DNA of 64,000 bases from Eledone cirrhosa (taxonomy: Eukaryota), in NCBI GenBank assembly GCA_964016885.1, contig OZ024741.1, forward strand, positions 140,368,001-140,432,000, read 5' to 3'. The notes beneath the pieces are model-generated. The model had not been told where the DNA came from and did no database searches. It was given only the letters and a program-made list of their open reading frames with translations. Shown one piece after another: positions 24,293 to 38,853 of the stretch; the stretch's first letter is position 1, and every line of letters starts with the position of its first letter. The position numbers and the translations under genes were made by a program.

Positions 24293-24835
24293 GTGTGTGT
24301 GTGTTTGTTTGTATGTGTGTGTGTGTGCGTGTGTCTCACATCTATACATACACATAAATAAACTAGGTTGCAGCATAAATATTTGCAGGCACATCGCTGG
24401 TTGCTACATTTTATTGAAGTCAGGAAATTAATTATCTATTTTAATTAATGTCCCTTTCTTGTGTTTTCCTAAATAAAATTTAATTAGATGTTTTTAATAT
24501 ATCTTCCACAGAGCCTATTAGCTTATTATCTCCAATCAACTTCATGTTAGAAATCGTATATTGCAAAAACACGGGAGAAGTATATTTCAATTAAAAGACC
24601 GCGTAATGTTGGCACGAGAAATTTTCCTCTCATGCACGCTAACTAACGCACAGATATACACGCACACAAAAAAAAACATATACTTTGAAAATACAGTCGT
24701 TACAATATAAATAACCATAATAGTAACTGATAACCATAAATTGTGAGATTAAATATTTTAAAATATCAGACGTCCCTATATTCATTGATTCTGATGAGCC
24801 AATATATATATGTAATATACATATATATCTATATC

Positions 24836-24872
<37 letters not shown>

Positions 24873-24873
24873 A

Positions 24874-24911
<38 letters not shown>

Positions 24912-25027
24912 TGTGTGCGTGTGTATACTCGTGTTTTTATATGAAAGTTGATCAAAGTATTCTAGCAGGTTTATCTACAACAGTTCTATTTTTATACGTG
25001 TATATATGTACATTCGTACACACGCAC

Positions 25028-25099
<72 letters not shown>

Positions 25100-25499
25100 A
25101 TATGTATGTATATGTGTGGCTATGTGTGATACACTCTAGCAAATTATTACATTAATGGACGCTCCATTTAGTGTAACTGAAGGTTTTTGAATTTAATTGA
25201 AAATGTCATTACGAAAATTATAATTTGACGTAATATGGAAAAATTGAAGTAATATTTATATTTAATGAACGTTATAATTCTACGATAGGCATTGAAAAGG
25301 CAGTATCAATAGACCGTCGGTTAACATGTACTGTAGTGCTCTGAGTGCAATATTATATTTGTTCCTTTAAAACGTTCATCCTTTAAATATATATCTCGAG
25401 CCCAGGGCTTCACCAGGCTGGTGCTTCCCCTGTTTTTCGTAGTTTTAAACATCCGAGAGTTCAAGATATCCCAATGGAAGTAACACCAGTTTATCGTAG

Positions 25500-25665
25500 G
25501 GTTAATCCTCGAGCTATTGCTTTTGCCCATTTTCAACTGAGTTCACTGGAGCAACGGCAAATGAAGTGTTTGCTCAAGAGCACAGCACATAACCCTCTCA
25601 GCAATAGAACCCAACACATTATGATCGTATGTCCAACGCCCTTACCACTAAACTACGGCACTTTC
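25500..25665 (-). mobile_element. Older tRNA-derived SINE (family B); related fragments near 29060-29220 and 30910-30965
   Basis: Shared actggagcaa..atgaagtgt..gctcaagagcac motif plus a decayed tRNA head on the minus strand. Confidence 0.6.
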
Positions 25666-26100
25666 ATCCTTTCTGGGTAGATAAATAAAATACATGTCTG
25701 TACTGATGTTGACGCTTCGTCCAAATAATCCTCCTGTCTTGAAAAAAGTTTATTGTATTCAAGATTGGAGGGAGTGGAACTCTATTAGGGTTAAATGTCA
25801 TGGTGGTTCCCGTAAGTCTATATTATTATTTAAGGGAAGGTGAACTTAGAAGGACACATTTAGGATGAAGTTTATCAAAGATATATAGCAGCAGAGCTGT
25901 TAATCGATTATGTTGACATTAATATAGAATGCAAGTTGCATTAATTGTTATAAATATTTTAAATCACAGGAATATCATTCCTGTTATATATTGTATTATC
26001 ATATATAAAATAAATAAAACATGATACATGAGTTGGTAACTATAGGTTAATGTATATCCCATGTCACAATGGCTTAACCGCTACATAAATGCATGCCGAA

Positions 26101-26182
<82 letters not shown>

Positions 26183-26283
26183 TCAGGTTATCAATAATGT
26201 AGTGATAATATATCGTTACGTTAGAGATGAACAGCGTACGTGCAGGTTTGCTCAACGAGTATAAATTATATTCCGGAGAAATG

Positions 26284-27101
26284 TAGAAAGGATGAATATA
26301 AAATGAAAGTGCTTTTGTTAAAAAAGGAATTTATTAGGTATTGACATATGTTTCTGTAACAGACCGAATACCTATGTATCGCTGCTTGCGTAATCATATA
26401 ATGTTAGCAAGTATTCGATAGCAAATGTATAATCAGTTGTCACTTCTTCAGAGATTTTGGATAAACTGGATAAAATCAGAAAAATTGAAGTATTTATATT
26501 AGTAAAAGAGGAAGGAACAGAGGGGATAGAATATGACAGATGGTAAAATAATTTACTGCTAAACAAGTATATAATGGGTTTTTAATGAGAATACCATGAG
26601 TAAATCCAAATAAGAATTTTGGGGGTGCCGATTTTAATCTCTACTTGACCAACTGGACAGTGGACAGGGCTGGTCATTTGGTGCAGTAGTATTAATACTA
26701 CTGCACCAAATGACCAGCCCTGTCCACTGTCCAGTTGGTCAAGTAGAGATTAAAATCGGCACCCCCAAAATTCTTATTTGGATTTACTCATGGTATTCTC
26801 ATTAAAAACCCATTATATACTTGTTTAGCAGTAAATTATTTTACCATCTGTCATATTCTATCCCCTCTGTTCCTTCCTCTTTTACTAATATAAATACTTC
26901 AATTTTTCTGATTTTATCCAGTTTATCCAAAATCTCTGAAGAAGTGACAACTGATTATACATTTGCTATCGAATACTTGCTAACATTATATGATTACGCA
27001 AGCAGCGATACATAGGTATTCGGTCTGTTACAGAAACATATGTCAATACCTAATAAATTCCTTTTTTAACAAAAGCACTTTCATTTTATATTCATCCTTT
27101 C

Positions 27102-27103
<2 letters not shown>
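26284..27103. repeat. 820-bp palindrome with no spacer (410-bp arms, centre 26693/26694)
   Basis: Centre gtagtatt|aatactac; identical 64-aa ORFs on opposite strands at mirror coordinates; no mismatch seen in the segments compared. Confidence 0.97.
26930..27050 (+). ncRNA. Extended-stem-II hammerhead-like motif (mirror copy on minus strand at 26337-26457)
   Basis: CTGAAGA-A-gtgaca-(76 nt)-tgttac-A-GAAA-catatg-TC; same layout as 17328, but stem I does not pair in cis. Confidence 0.5.
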
Positions 27104-27136
<33 letters not shown>

Positions 27137-27169
27137 TGAAATGGAAACTTTGGGGTAACATTGACTATA

Positions 27170-27670
27170 AAATATAGTCTAATAATGGGGTGTTTAAACT
27201 CACTGAAAGGAAAAAAAAAGATTATCAGCACACATGGGAGTCGAACACACATCTCTCATAGGGCGCACAAATAGGCTACCAATGCGTAAAAAGAAACACG
27301 CAGCTTTTCCCTTTGTTTTTAGAAGCTATACTTTAATATGCAAACGAAGGATGTATGTTTGGAACGCGGTGAGCAATGTTAACAATTGAAACAGAAAGAG
27401 AAGCTTTCGCTGTAAAATTGATTAAATGATATAGCCTAATATTTCTATTTCATTTCTAAACTACACTCACCGCTTTCCAAACATACTTACTTTTTTTATA
27501 TATTGCTATTAAGTTATAGCTTCTAAAAAATGTAAAGTGCTGGTTGGGTTCATTGGTGTAATGGTAGCGTGCTCGTCCGGCAAACGAAAGCTGTGAGTTC
27601 CACTCCAACGTTTGAGATAACCTTCTTTTTCCTTTCAGTGGGTTAATAACCCTATTAGTAAATTATATTA
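27170..27670. repeat. Old fold-back element with tRNA-like sequence in each arm
   Basis: cactgaaaggaaaa/ttttcctttcagtg, ttttagaagctata/tatagcttctaaaa and gtatgtttggaa.gcggtgag/ctcaccgctttccaaacatac pair symmetrically. Confidence 0.75.
27546..27618 (+). pseudogene. tRNA-like sequence (anticodon loop CCGGCAA), non-functional
   Basis: A-box TGGTGTAATGG, anticodon stem tcgt/acga, B-box-like GTTCCACTCC; poor acceptor stem. Confidence 0.55.
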
Positions 27671-27672
27671 TT

Positions 27673-28084
27673 AGACCTGAAAAATGCGCAAGCTCTAAAG
27701 AGCCACAGCATGTTATCATCAACCTTCAAAAGTGTGTGTCTAGAGTTGTTGCTCAAACATATTGTAATCATTATCTATCGAACACTCTGTGGCATCCTTT
27801 TATATAAAAAGAGACTCATAACGAACTCAAGACGACACTATCATTATTAGATGTAATGATTAATACGAAATGCACTTAAACCGAATTCTATATTATAAAT
27901 TCACTTAAATAATTATTGTGTCGTCTTGAGTTCGCTATGAGTCTGTTTTTTTTATAAATGGATGCTACAGGGTGTACGATAGATAATGATTACAGTATCT
28001 TTGAGCAACAACTCTAGTCCCACACTTTTGAAGGTTTATTATAACATTCTGTGGCTCTTTTGAGCTTGCGTATTTTTCAGGTCT
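27673..28084. mobile_element. MITE-like fold-back element (~175-bp arms, ~55-bp spacer)
   Basis: agacctgaaaaatgcgcaagctc.. is reverse-complementary to ..gagcttgcgtatttttcaggtct, with scattered substitutions. Confidence 0.8.
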
Positions 28085-28435
28085 GGTTTAATAATTGTTT
28101 AAGACAACGCTTGTAATAACTCTAGTTAAACATGATATAAACATGTTTATCAAATAATTTTTTCTATAAATGATATATATTAATAATAAATTATCGTTGT
28201 AATGTAATTAAATTATATAATTGTTATTTCATAAATTATCTCATAAATATTATTGTAAGATGTATACAAATATTTTCAGACTTTTAATATAAACAACTGC
28301 AACAAACAATCAATATTAAATAAATATATTTTACATAATAATTGTTATAGTTGAATTAATAAGAATTAAATATTACATACAAATAGTCTAACATAATAAT
28401 AAAAAAATAATCTAACATAAAACCAACGTTGTGGA

Positions 28436-28650
28436 TACTTGAAATATTGTCCTCCCAAAGAAGATGATTATGATAATAATAGATTTTTATAAATAATATT
28501 TATAAAAGTTGGGTAATATACTCCTGGTGACAACAAAAAATTGAACAGAGGCAATTCTGCTCATTTATTCCCATCTTTTTCCCATATTTTTTTATAATAA
28601 TCGACTATTAATATAGTCTTTTAAGTTGGGAAGGCGACATTTCAAATATA
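28436..28650. repeat. Highly diverged inverted repeat
   Basis: ttgaaatattgtcctcccaa pairs with ttgggaaggcgacatttcaa; further weak symmetry inward. Confidence 0.5.
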
Positions 28651-31508
28651 ATCATATTAGAAAAGAACATCGAAACTACTGGATTTGTAGACTCTAATAT
28701 AAAGAATGGCGTATGTAATTACTTCAAAATGGCAAAGACTCCATCCCCTGTAATATATAGGTAGAATAAAAATAATGATGCAAAGAACTTTTAGCCAGAG
28801 TTAAATTAATTCATGACAAAAGAAATTGTAATTCTTTTTCCGAAAATCTAAAAAGTACAAATCTATTACTGTGTTGGACTTTCATGGTTTTTGTCGAAGA
28901 TTATTCCAGTTATTCGTGAAATGGAACAGTTTGCCCTTCGTGAAATTAATGTGTAAATGATTGACCATTTCACAGATATATTAAACATTTACATAGTTCT
29001 CAGTTAGATTCATTGTGACATATTTTGTGACAAGTCTCGTCATTTATTGCATCTGAAAAGATTGGAGCTATATGAAATAAAGTGTCTTATTTCAAGGACA
29101 CAGTAGACTTAAGCAATGTGAAATAAAGTGTTTTGTTTAAGGGCACAACTCGTCCGCATAAATTGAACACACCATCTTTCGAGTGTGAGATGAACATCAT
29201 ACATGTTACGTCATGCGCCTTCATGTTCAACTAACAGTATACACAGAAGAAGTATACATACAGAAATTATGACAACCATTTCAATAACTGACTAAACTCA
29301 ATTTTTACAATGTTGACTCGCTGTAAGCCAGCCTGACATGTAGATTCCAGTGGGCATTACAGCAATTTCATGAGCTAGATTAATGATTATTAAAGGAGAG
29401 TAATGTCTATGGGAGTGTGAGGGAGAAATCCAAACTAGTAAAGATAGTATACATCATGTATATATGAAATGAAATACCAATATACGCATAAAGAAGATAA
29501 CTAATTTACAGTTCACATCGAAATGTTGCTTCAGACTTAATTCCGTTTGGGACTATACATTACTTGATGTACTAAAGGTCTGTCGATATTAATATTTTGT
29601 TTGAGTGGAATATTACTAGACGGCAATTCAAAATTGGGGTAGCTTGGAGGAATCAGGGTTCGTAAGGAACGAAATGGAAACTAGGACCCTGAGAAACACT
29701 GATTTACGTAATACGCTACGAATTTGATACATTCTAGCCTATTTATTTATAGTAGCTTCCTATGCTAAAACGTGTATTGAATATGTTTATCTCGTTTGTT
29801 AAAACAAAGGTGTGTGTATATACACATTGACATTTATGTAATATTTACTCGTTGTTCGCCCAAAACACTTTTGATTCTCCCACTTCACAAATACTTCATG
29901 AGGACATTGCTTACAGAAGAAAAAAATAGTAAGATGAAGAGTAAATACCAATGCAATTGTAGGCGGTTGATGTTAATAAAAGAAAATAGCCTTTTTAGTG
30001 TTAAAAGCACGTATTTTTCAGCTGATGATATTCTTGCTGACGTGTCCCTCTATACATTAGTCACAGACATACCTAGCGCCATAGCAATAGATATTAGCTA
30101 ATTTTGGACATCCATTTAAATACGTATTCTTTTATGTCAATGCATGTGAACAAATCCACACAATTGATTTAAAGTTGAGGAAACTGTAAATTTTACATAT
30201 TTCTTCGTTCGACTTTTCCTCATAAAACATTGTAAACAATTTTGTGCATGAAAGTCCTTTTAAAGAATTTACAGTGTCTTTGTGCAATGACGAAAATACA
30301 ACAAATACGTTAATATACTGAAATCTGTATACCAACAACATTACAGTAACAAACTAGGTAATAATAAGAGGTTTGTTTGAAGCAACGAGGAAAGTGTAGA
30401 AAATAATAGTTTTTTTTGTTGGCTACAGAATTGCAAATTAAATGTTAAAGATAACAGTAAGAAAGGTGATGGACTTTTACATTGGAAGATTTTAATTAGT
30501 CCTTTGTACTTCAGGATAAAATCCCTTCTTCAAAAGAAGAGTTAAAGACATTAAGCCAGGACCAAGCCCGTTGAAAATGTTGAGCGCTGGTCAATGGTAT
30601 ACCTAGCGGTCGTTCGCTCTGTAAATCGTCCAATGACGGGAATGGAATTACGTTAGGAATCCAAAGTAGATTTCCTATCGTCGTACCGTAGTTCTCGAAA
30701 CAATTGCAAAGAAATACGATAGAGTTAGGAAGAATGAAATGAAGTATATACTTATTTCGGTGCCATCGATTAGTGTTTCAGTTGCTCGAATAATGGAACG
30801 GTCGACTTATGTATCTAACATGTAGATGCCTGAACATTCTCTCGACTTGTTTATCTGTAACTTATTTCTTGGAAATATTCTGCGTGATAGCACTATAAAT
30901 TACACGTTTTCCAGTTGAGTGGACTGCAGTAATGTGAAATATCATGTTTAACTCAAGGACAAAGGAACCTAGTATATGAGACGAACATCTAGTTGCTGCT
31001 CATCACCTATTCTTGAATTCATCACGGTAAGAATATATTATAGCGACATCATATTACAGTATTTAGCTGTAAATTGATAAACTACTTATTACGTAGTTAA
31101 ACCTGTGTGTACTGCGTGAGAGTAATTCCAGTATGAACGGCAGAAATATATCTCATATTTTATTGAGTTAAATGCCATAATTGATTATTAGTAATACTAT
31201 ATTTTAGTATGTAAGAATATTAATTAATGATTTTAATACCATTAATCGGTGACTGTCATAATTACCAATTATAATATTTATAATTTGCGTGAAGTAAACT
31301 CCAAGGAAACAGGAAATTAGATTTGCCAAGAGATGAAATTTCAATAAGACTCACTCACTTTATATACTGTTGAAAAGTGTAAAGTCAAGAAACTACCATT
31401 TCATTTCAGCTAAAACAATTCCAAGCTGTCGCTTACGGAAGTTAAGAAACGATAGTGATTACCGCTTATTAACTGACTCATTGCTGGCCTTGTCAGTAGA
31501 GTTTTTTT

Positions 31509-31590
31509 ACTGCCATTCGAAGCCTGGTCAATAGTGTTTGACTGCCGTTCGAAGCCTGATCAATAGTGTTTGATTTCCAGTCGAAGCATT
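31509..31590. repeat. 32-bp tandem repeat, ~2.5 copies
   Basis: actgccRttcgaagcctgRtcaatagtgtttg. Confidence 0.85.
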
Positions 31591-32199
31591 GAATGATTTT
31601 ATTATCTATCCAGTGACATTATTGCCTGATCAATACAATAGTTTCAAAATATCTATTAACAACTTTCACTACAGGCAAAGAACCGTAATAGGACGAATAA
31701 GGTGTTTGTCAAAATTCTAAACCTAGCCCCGCCTCTATAGGGATATAAGAACACGCCGAGATAACTTTGGTATATCTTATATGGAAAATGGTTAAGAGAA
31801 ATAAAAACAAAAGAAAAGAGATGAAATTAAATAGTTACTGGTGAATAAATAGAATGTTATGATAATGTGAATCTAGGGTTTTATTTCGACTTCTGTTGAA
31901 GATATCTTTGAGATTGGTAAATACCACGTGCAAAATGAAACACATCACAATATTCTCTTAACTGTGAAAATAGCTGTTTGTAAGAAACACAGTATTATGT
32001 TCTATTTGAGAATTGCCATCATTCCACACAGCTATAAGATCTATAATTTAGGACTGAACCTCTCATTGAGCGTTAGAGTGCCGGGTAGGCAATTAAATCT
32101 GATGGGTCCTCTCCTTCTCCAAGCTGTAAGACATCCGTTTCCTCCTAGTGAATCAGTAAGTGCATGACAGAGCAATTGTGCAAGAGAGACAGATGACGA

Positions 32200-32350
32200 A
32201 TCGACCATACTAGGTGGGTAGTAGATAATTTGACCTTGAAAGAATGAAAACCAAAGTTTACCATGCTGGAATTTGAACTCAGAGTTCAGATGCCCCGAAC
32301 GATTTCCTCAACACCTTCTGGCTTATATTCTAACGATTCTGCGTATTCAC
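32200..32350 (-). mobile_element. Degenerate SINE family A copy
   Basis: gaatgaaaaccaaagtt..ggaatttgaactcaga. Confidence 0.65.
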
Positions 32351-33673
32351 ATAAACAATCTTACATGCGAAATCCAATGATAAACACATAAATAAACCTA
32401 CTGAACAGCGTCAATATCTGGTGTTTTAACGTGTTACTTGAATTTTAAACTATGCCTTATTTCTGAATACCTGTCGCCGAATCTACACAACTAAAATATT
32501 GTCAAAGGTTGACACAATTATCAGATATATACTAAAAGGTTACATACCGATAAACATATTCGGTGATAAAAGGAGAGATAAACATAGATAATACCGATAA
32601 TATCTATGAACACAGTTGTCACTCGGATTACATATAATGTCCGATTTTTTAATACCTCTCTCTACTCCCTCTCATTCTACACAACTGTGATACTCCTGAA
32701 TGGTTTTTCATGATCAAATTAATACATACATCTGACACCCGAACATTCAAAGATAGCACACGTGTAAAGATAGAGAAAATCAAGAATGACCTTTTAAATG
32801 TCTGTTTGTAAGAACGACTTACTCGATGATGTGTATATTATGTTTTATATTATATTAATATATGCAGTGCATTTGATCGATGATAGTAAGCAACCTTTGA
32901 AAAGGTAAACGCATCACAATGTTCTCTAACATGTTGTATTTGTGATCCCATCTATTTCTACATAGACACAGTCTTCCGAAAAGATAGCCCAATGTTCACA
33001 CCAATAATTAAATTAATAATGAATGTTAAATATGACAATTTACAGATAGACAACAGAGGGAATATTTGTGAAAATAACAGTTTGCAAGAAAGAGTTACTT
33101 TAAAAGTAAAATATGTTATATTTGTGAATACCTCTCATGCAATCGTACTCTACATTATTGTACAATGATTATAAGGATACTAAAATGAATAAGGAATGTT
33201 ACACGAGATATTTCACAAATCAGCACACAAATAAACATGTTCCAGCACCGTAAAGTAACACATCGTAAAGACACGAACACAAAAGTTCCAGCATCGTAAA
33301 GACACGAACACAAAAGATATATCTATGTAGTGATAAATGTTTCAGATGAAAAGATCCAAAAATATTTCAAACTATTAATATCGGTGCATCAAACGCTGAA
33401 CCGATGATGAATATTGGAATGTAAAATCCAATTCTTTTACTCGCTGCCTATCCTATGAGATGAAACATCTAGACGAAAGTTACTAACAGTATTAAATAGT
33501 AAAAGACGCATTAAAAGAAAAAAATGAGATACGGCTTTCCAATATTGGTTCAGATGGAATGATGGAAGACATTTGCATCACCCCACGGAAAAGAAAAGAA
33601 GCAATACAGGAAGTAGAGGCATGAACTTGTTTTTTTTTGTTTTTTTCTATTCTGATGGAATATACATATATAC

Positions 33674-33778
<105 letters not shown>

Positions 33779-34230
33779 AGTGTGTGTGTGCATGTGTGTT
33801 TGTGTGTGTTTGTATGAGTGTGTGTGTGTATACGTGGGTATATATACGGAGAGACAGAGAGGGAAAACTAGACAGTTATATATAGTTTTACAGACACAAT
33901 AAGCAAAATAGATTTGAAGAAAAAATAAAATATACAAATAAAATGATTTTGTGTTCCATCAATGTTAAAAAGAAAAAAGAAATCTGACACTTCACATTGT
34001 TAGAACGACGATAGTTTGCTATCCAATATTAGTTGCATTTAGAAATGAAGAATGTATTGTAATGTGTGATCAATTGTCATTTGCACCAAGTGACCCCAGG
34101 ATATTCGAATAGTGGAATACGTTTACAATTTTGTTTGATTCAACGTAGGTGAAATGTAATAAACCATATATAGAGAGGAAAGGTGGGAACTGCCGACGGA
34201 AAGACAGTGAAATAGTGAACCGTTCATTTT

Positions 34231-34285
<55 letters not shown>

Positions 34286-34308
34286 CAGTAGTAGCAGCAG
34301 CAGCAGCA
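34231..34308. repeat. (GTA)n/(GCA)n microsatellite
   Basis: Direct reading; explains the poly-Leu ORF. Confidence 0.95.
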
Positions 34309-34945
34309 ATAAATGTAACAGTTGTTGATACCGATGTTGTTTTCTATATATTCAGGCGCTTAAAACGATGTGTAATGATTGACTTGTCTAATGATTATTT
34401 CATGAGATTTGCCTTCAGAGTGTTTCATTACCTTCTCCAACCCAAATGTGACAATTCTTTAATTATGTATTGCTTTTTAAAGCTTTGAACATTAAACCGC
34501 AGCTATACACATTATCTATTTACTATCTAGGTTGGTTGAACTCTGAACACCTGTCTTTGCTGATTCATCACACTGATTTTGTAGGAAACATATTTCATGC
34601 ACATCTTTGTAATCTACATGAGTATCGTTTTATTTGCCTGTAAAACTTTAGCATAACATATATAAAATCCAGTTTGTTGACAGAACATTTAGTAGTGCAT
34701 AGATCATTGTGAGAATTTGAGATTTTCGAGTAAATACTTTAGTATCTGTTTTGTTCGTCTCAAAAATCTCATGCGGGCGTGGAAACATGCGAGTATTTCT
34801 CGCTTGCAAGAAACTGCTTCTACGCCTATCTTAATATGAAAGGCAAATGTGCGACAAAAATTCATTGTTGAGAAGGGTATTATCAAAACAAATACATAAA
34901 TCGTATTATATAGGAAAGAAAGGTTGGCAAATGTGATAGAGATAT

Positions 34946-35063
34946 AATTGTTTCTACTTTTGGCAGAAGGCCAGCAATTACCCAGTGTATTACTGGTACT
35001 TTATTTTATCGACCCCGTAAGGATGAAAGGCAAAGTTAACCTCGGCGGGATTTGAACTCAGAT
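34946..35063 (-). mobile_element. SINE family A, 5'-truncated
   Basis: Tail, core and B-box are present. Confidence 0.88.
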
Positions 35064-38000
35064 CATAATAGATATAATGATAGAGATATAATGACGGTAT
35101 TATATGTACTTAAAGCTGTATTTCAGGAATTGAAACTTTCACAAATTTTCAGTAATATTTACAAGCTACTTTATTTTTTCTTTGTAGTCACCAAACAAGG
35201 ATCTATTCGTGAATATTAACACATTTCTAGAATGATGTCACATCGAATGAATTGGCCAAACATATGACATCATTTTAATTCATATCAGAGAGCAGAAAAC
35301 TCAGATTCTACTTTGTTGTGATTTGAAATTACGATTTGGAGAGAGGAAAGTAAGATTTCAGCTTCAGAGAATCATTGGGGGGAACATTTCATATTGAATA
35401 TTTTTTACTGGATAATGCAACTATTTAGTTCCTTAGGGTAATTTTAGAATCATTTATTCAGTCGTTCAACATCTGTATTTTTATATTGTTTTCTCATTTT
35501 TTCGTATTATACTATATTGAGTTACTTTATTACATTGCTATCAGTTTTTGTAACAACCTAATATTTCGTTTCCCATTTGCTTGCTATAATTTGCTCTTAT
35601 TTGTCGCAGGATTTTCATGAGAAGATATTTTTAATTTCGCATTGACATATAGAAATTGATTTACGCTGGACAGTGTACATTCATTGCCATTTTAAAAGAA
35701 AATGGAATGCTCTCTAGAGATCCATTTTTGTGCAAATTTTATATTCTTATGAAAAATGCCGTTATTGCCATCTTATTTTCTACAATGAGCTCTTCTCTAA
35801 TTTTGAGGAGAATATATTCATATTTCATCCCTACATTTCGTCTGTAAGATATCAAAGTGAATTAATATGCAATCATATATCTATAACGAAATAGATGTTC
35901 AAAAGGACTGATAAATATTTCTAGTTATGATCGTTTGCGAAAACATAAATAACCTTTTCTCAAACTTACCCGGAAGGAATATAGGGAAAGCAATTTATTG
36001 CAGCAATTTCTATTTTTATAAGAAATTCAAGAGATATCAATACATACGTTTAATGAAAGAAATGGGGCGAAATGAGTTAAATTAAGCAGAATTTCTTACA
36101 GTAAATTTGAACTTTGAAGAAATATTCACTAAGCGATTTCTCAAGCCTAATACGTTAAATTTTCTTCAGAATTATTCTTGTTACAAGAGGAAGAATTGTT
36201 CTTTGTTGGGCAATCATTGTATCTGAGCTTTGATATTCACAGAGAACAAAACATATTATGTGTAATGATTCCATAATCGATGAAAGAGAATGTAAATAGA
36301 CGAAATTGAGAAAAATAGAACAAATGAAACTAACAAATATATTTTTTTTAACTGATTCTGACATATTTCCAATTAATATGAATTTTCCCATAAACTGTAC
36401 AAAGTTATGAAGAAAAGAGGAAATAACGTGTTTTAAAAATTGACAGTTGAAACATTGACATTTATTAGGCAATCCCCGATGTCAGAGTCTAATTCAAAAT
36501 GACAATAAAATCACTAGAGTATTTTAGATATTCCGAGTGAACGATCGAAAAATAGATTTCGTTTGTTTTATTGATTCTCTTCGACAACAGCAAATATAAT
36601 ATGAATATTGGTTTCTCGGAGAAAATTCCAAGGTCTTGTATTAGAATAATATAGGACGAGAACAGGAATTGAGGATATAATATATTTCCTAAATAAGTAA
36701 TTGTTGAACGATGACTTCGGTTGAGAATCGAACCGTATCATACTCTCGATATCTGCGGGTTACACATCCGCTTTGCATGGCGATTCCAAAGGTAATGATG
36801 ACGATATTTCTTTCTTGAATGTTAATATCCACTCAATTGCCAATATTACTGATTAATGATATCACAATAGTTAGTAGCGATGCTTTCTAAATTCCGATCT
36901 TTTACATTCCTGACCTTGATATAAACTGAATTCCACTGAACCTGCTTTCAGTTGAAAATTTACCACGATAATAACTTATAATGTTAGTTACAGTGGTTCA
37001 TTGAATAGGATCGACCGCCTTCCGCCTGCACCAGCGTTTGTAACTCATAATTGGGTCATAGGCGTGCCACCGTGTATAATAGAGTATTTTCAACCTTTAA
37101 ATTAGCTCATTTCTTCTAAAGAAAGGGTGATTGAGAGAGTACATTTCAGAAAGGAATATAGAGGAATAATCGACACCAATGCTGAATTAGTACATTATTT
37201 ATTGGCAATGGTATGAGGAAAGCTAAATTGGCTTTAGTTGATGTGGGTATAGAAAAATCTGAAGGGTACGGTAATACATTGTATCCAACGTGCTAACAAA
37301 TCTAAGAAATGTGCCTGATTTAACAATGGATAACCTACACCTTTGCTGAGAGGGCACCGAACACGATACTGTTTTATTGACAAATACTTCATGACTTGAA
37401 ATTCAGAGTAAACATATTCCTAGAAGCACAGCAGTTATAAGCATTCCTGTTTAATCAATACCAATGATGCATTGTTAAAAAAAACTTATATTCGTATTCA
37501 CTCGTATATTTTAGCTTATATTAACAGAAGAATACTGGTTGTTTTATCTGAAGACAAACAAAGTCGTCATATTATGGCTCAAATATTGTTCTAAGAGAAA
37601 CCATTGATTAAAAACATAATGTCCTATTAAATACTGTATTAAAGCAATAAATCTTTTGTTATTCAATTATAGTTTTCTCTCAGACAGATAGCATTCACAA
37701 AATTCTATTACACATTATACAATGGAATATAAAGGAAATTGTTCGTCAATACGCAATACAGAAAAAAAAACCGACGAAATATGACACTTATGACAAACAA
37801 CAAAATCTTATTTGTCATGAGAGCTAACTTCCTGAACGGAAAATAAATGTGTGTATATTCATTTCTATCTGTAGTCTATTATGTCTCAGAATTAACAAAC
37901 GATATATTTATAAATGTTAACTGTACCAATAAATGGCAAATAACTTCTCTGGCAATGTAACTGTGAAGTCGTAGAGGAAACTGTTTAGAAATAATCCAGA

Positions 38001-38364
38001 ATTATAATTTCTCTTCGAAAAACCAGCAGATAATTTTCGATGTTATGTTCCTATTTATGACAGGAAATAGCATATATGTCATTTCGTGTATGGGAATTTA
38101 CTAACGGAAATACTAATCATACTCAATTTCGTTTCTTGATTATTTTTTCAAGGAAATTTCAGTGATGCTTTTCATACAAAATTAATTTCAGCCTCCAATA
38201 TAAATACTAAATAAAATAATAGATGATTTTATCGCTATAAATAGCTACACTATCCTACATTTTCTGTTGGGAAGCACCATAATATGGCTTCATTCACTAT
38301 ATATGTGCTTTCATCTTAATAATCCGAAACTATTGCCTGACAGAGGCATAGAATATATATATAT

Positions 38365-38853
<489 letters not shown>

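Noticed and set aside
24785-24805. CTGATGAG hammerhead box
   Set aside because: No GAAA box or stems; cut off by (TA)n.
26372-27015. Two identical 64-aa ORFs suggesting a duplicated gene
   Set aside because: A consequence of the palindrome; TTG start and no coding signal.
27546-27618. Functional tRNA gene
   Set aside because: Acceptor and T stems are broken and the sequence is embedded in a repeat arm.
35600-36472. Possible host exons (acceptor-like ttgtcgcag at 35609; hydrophobic ORFs)
   Set aside because: No recognisable domain or consistent exon frame; expected by chance in AT-rich DNA. Small exons cannot be excluded without RNA data.
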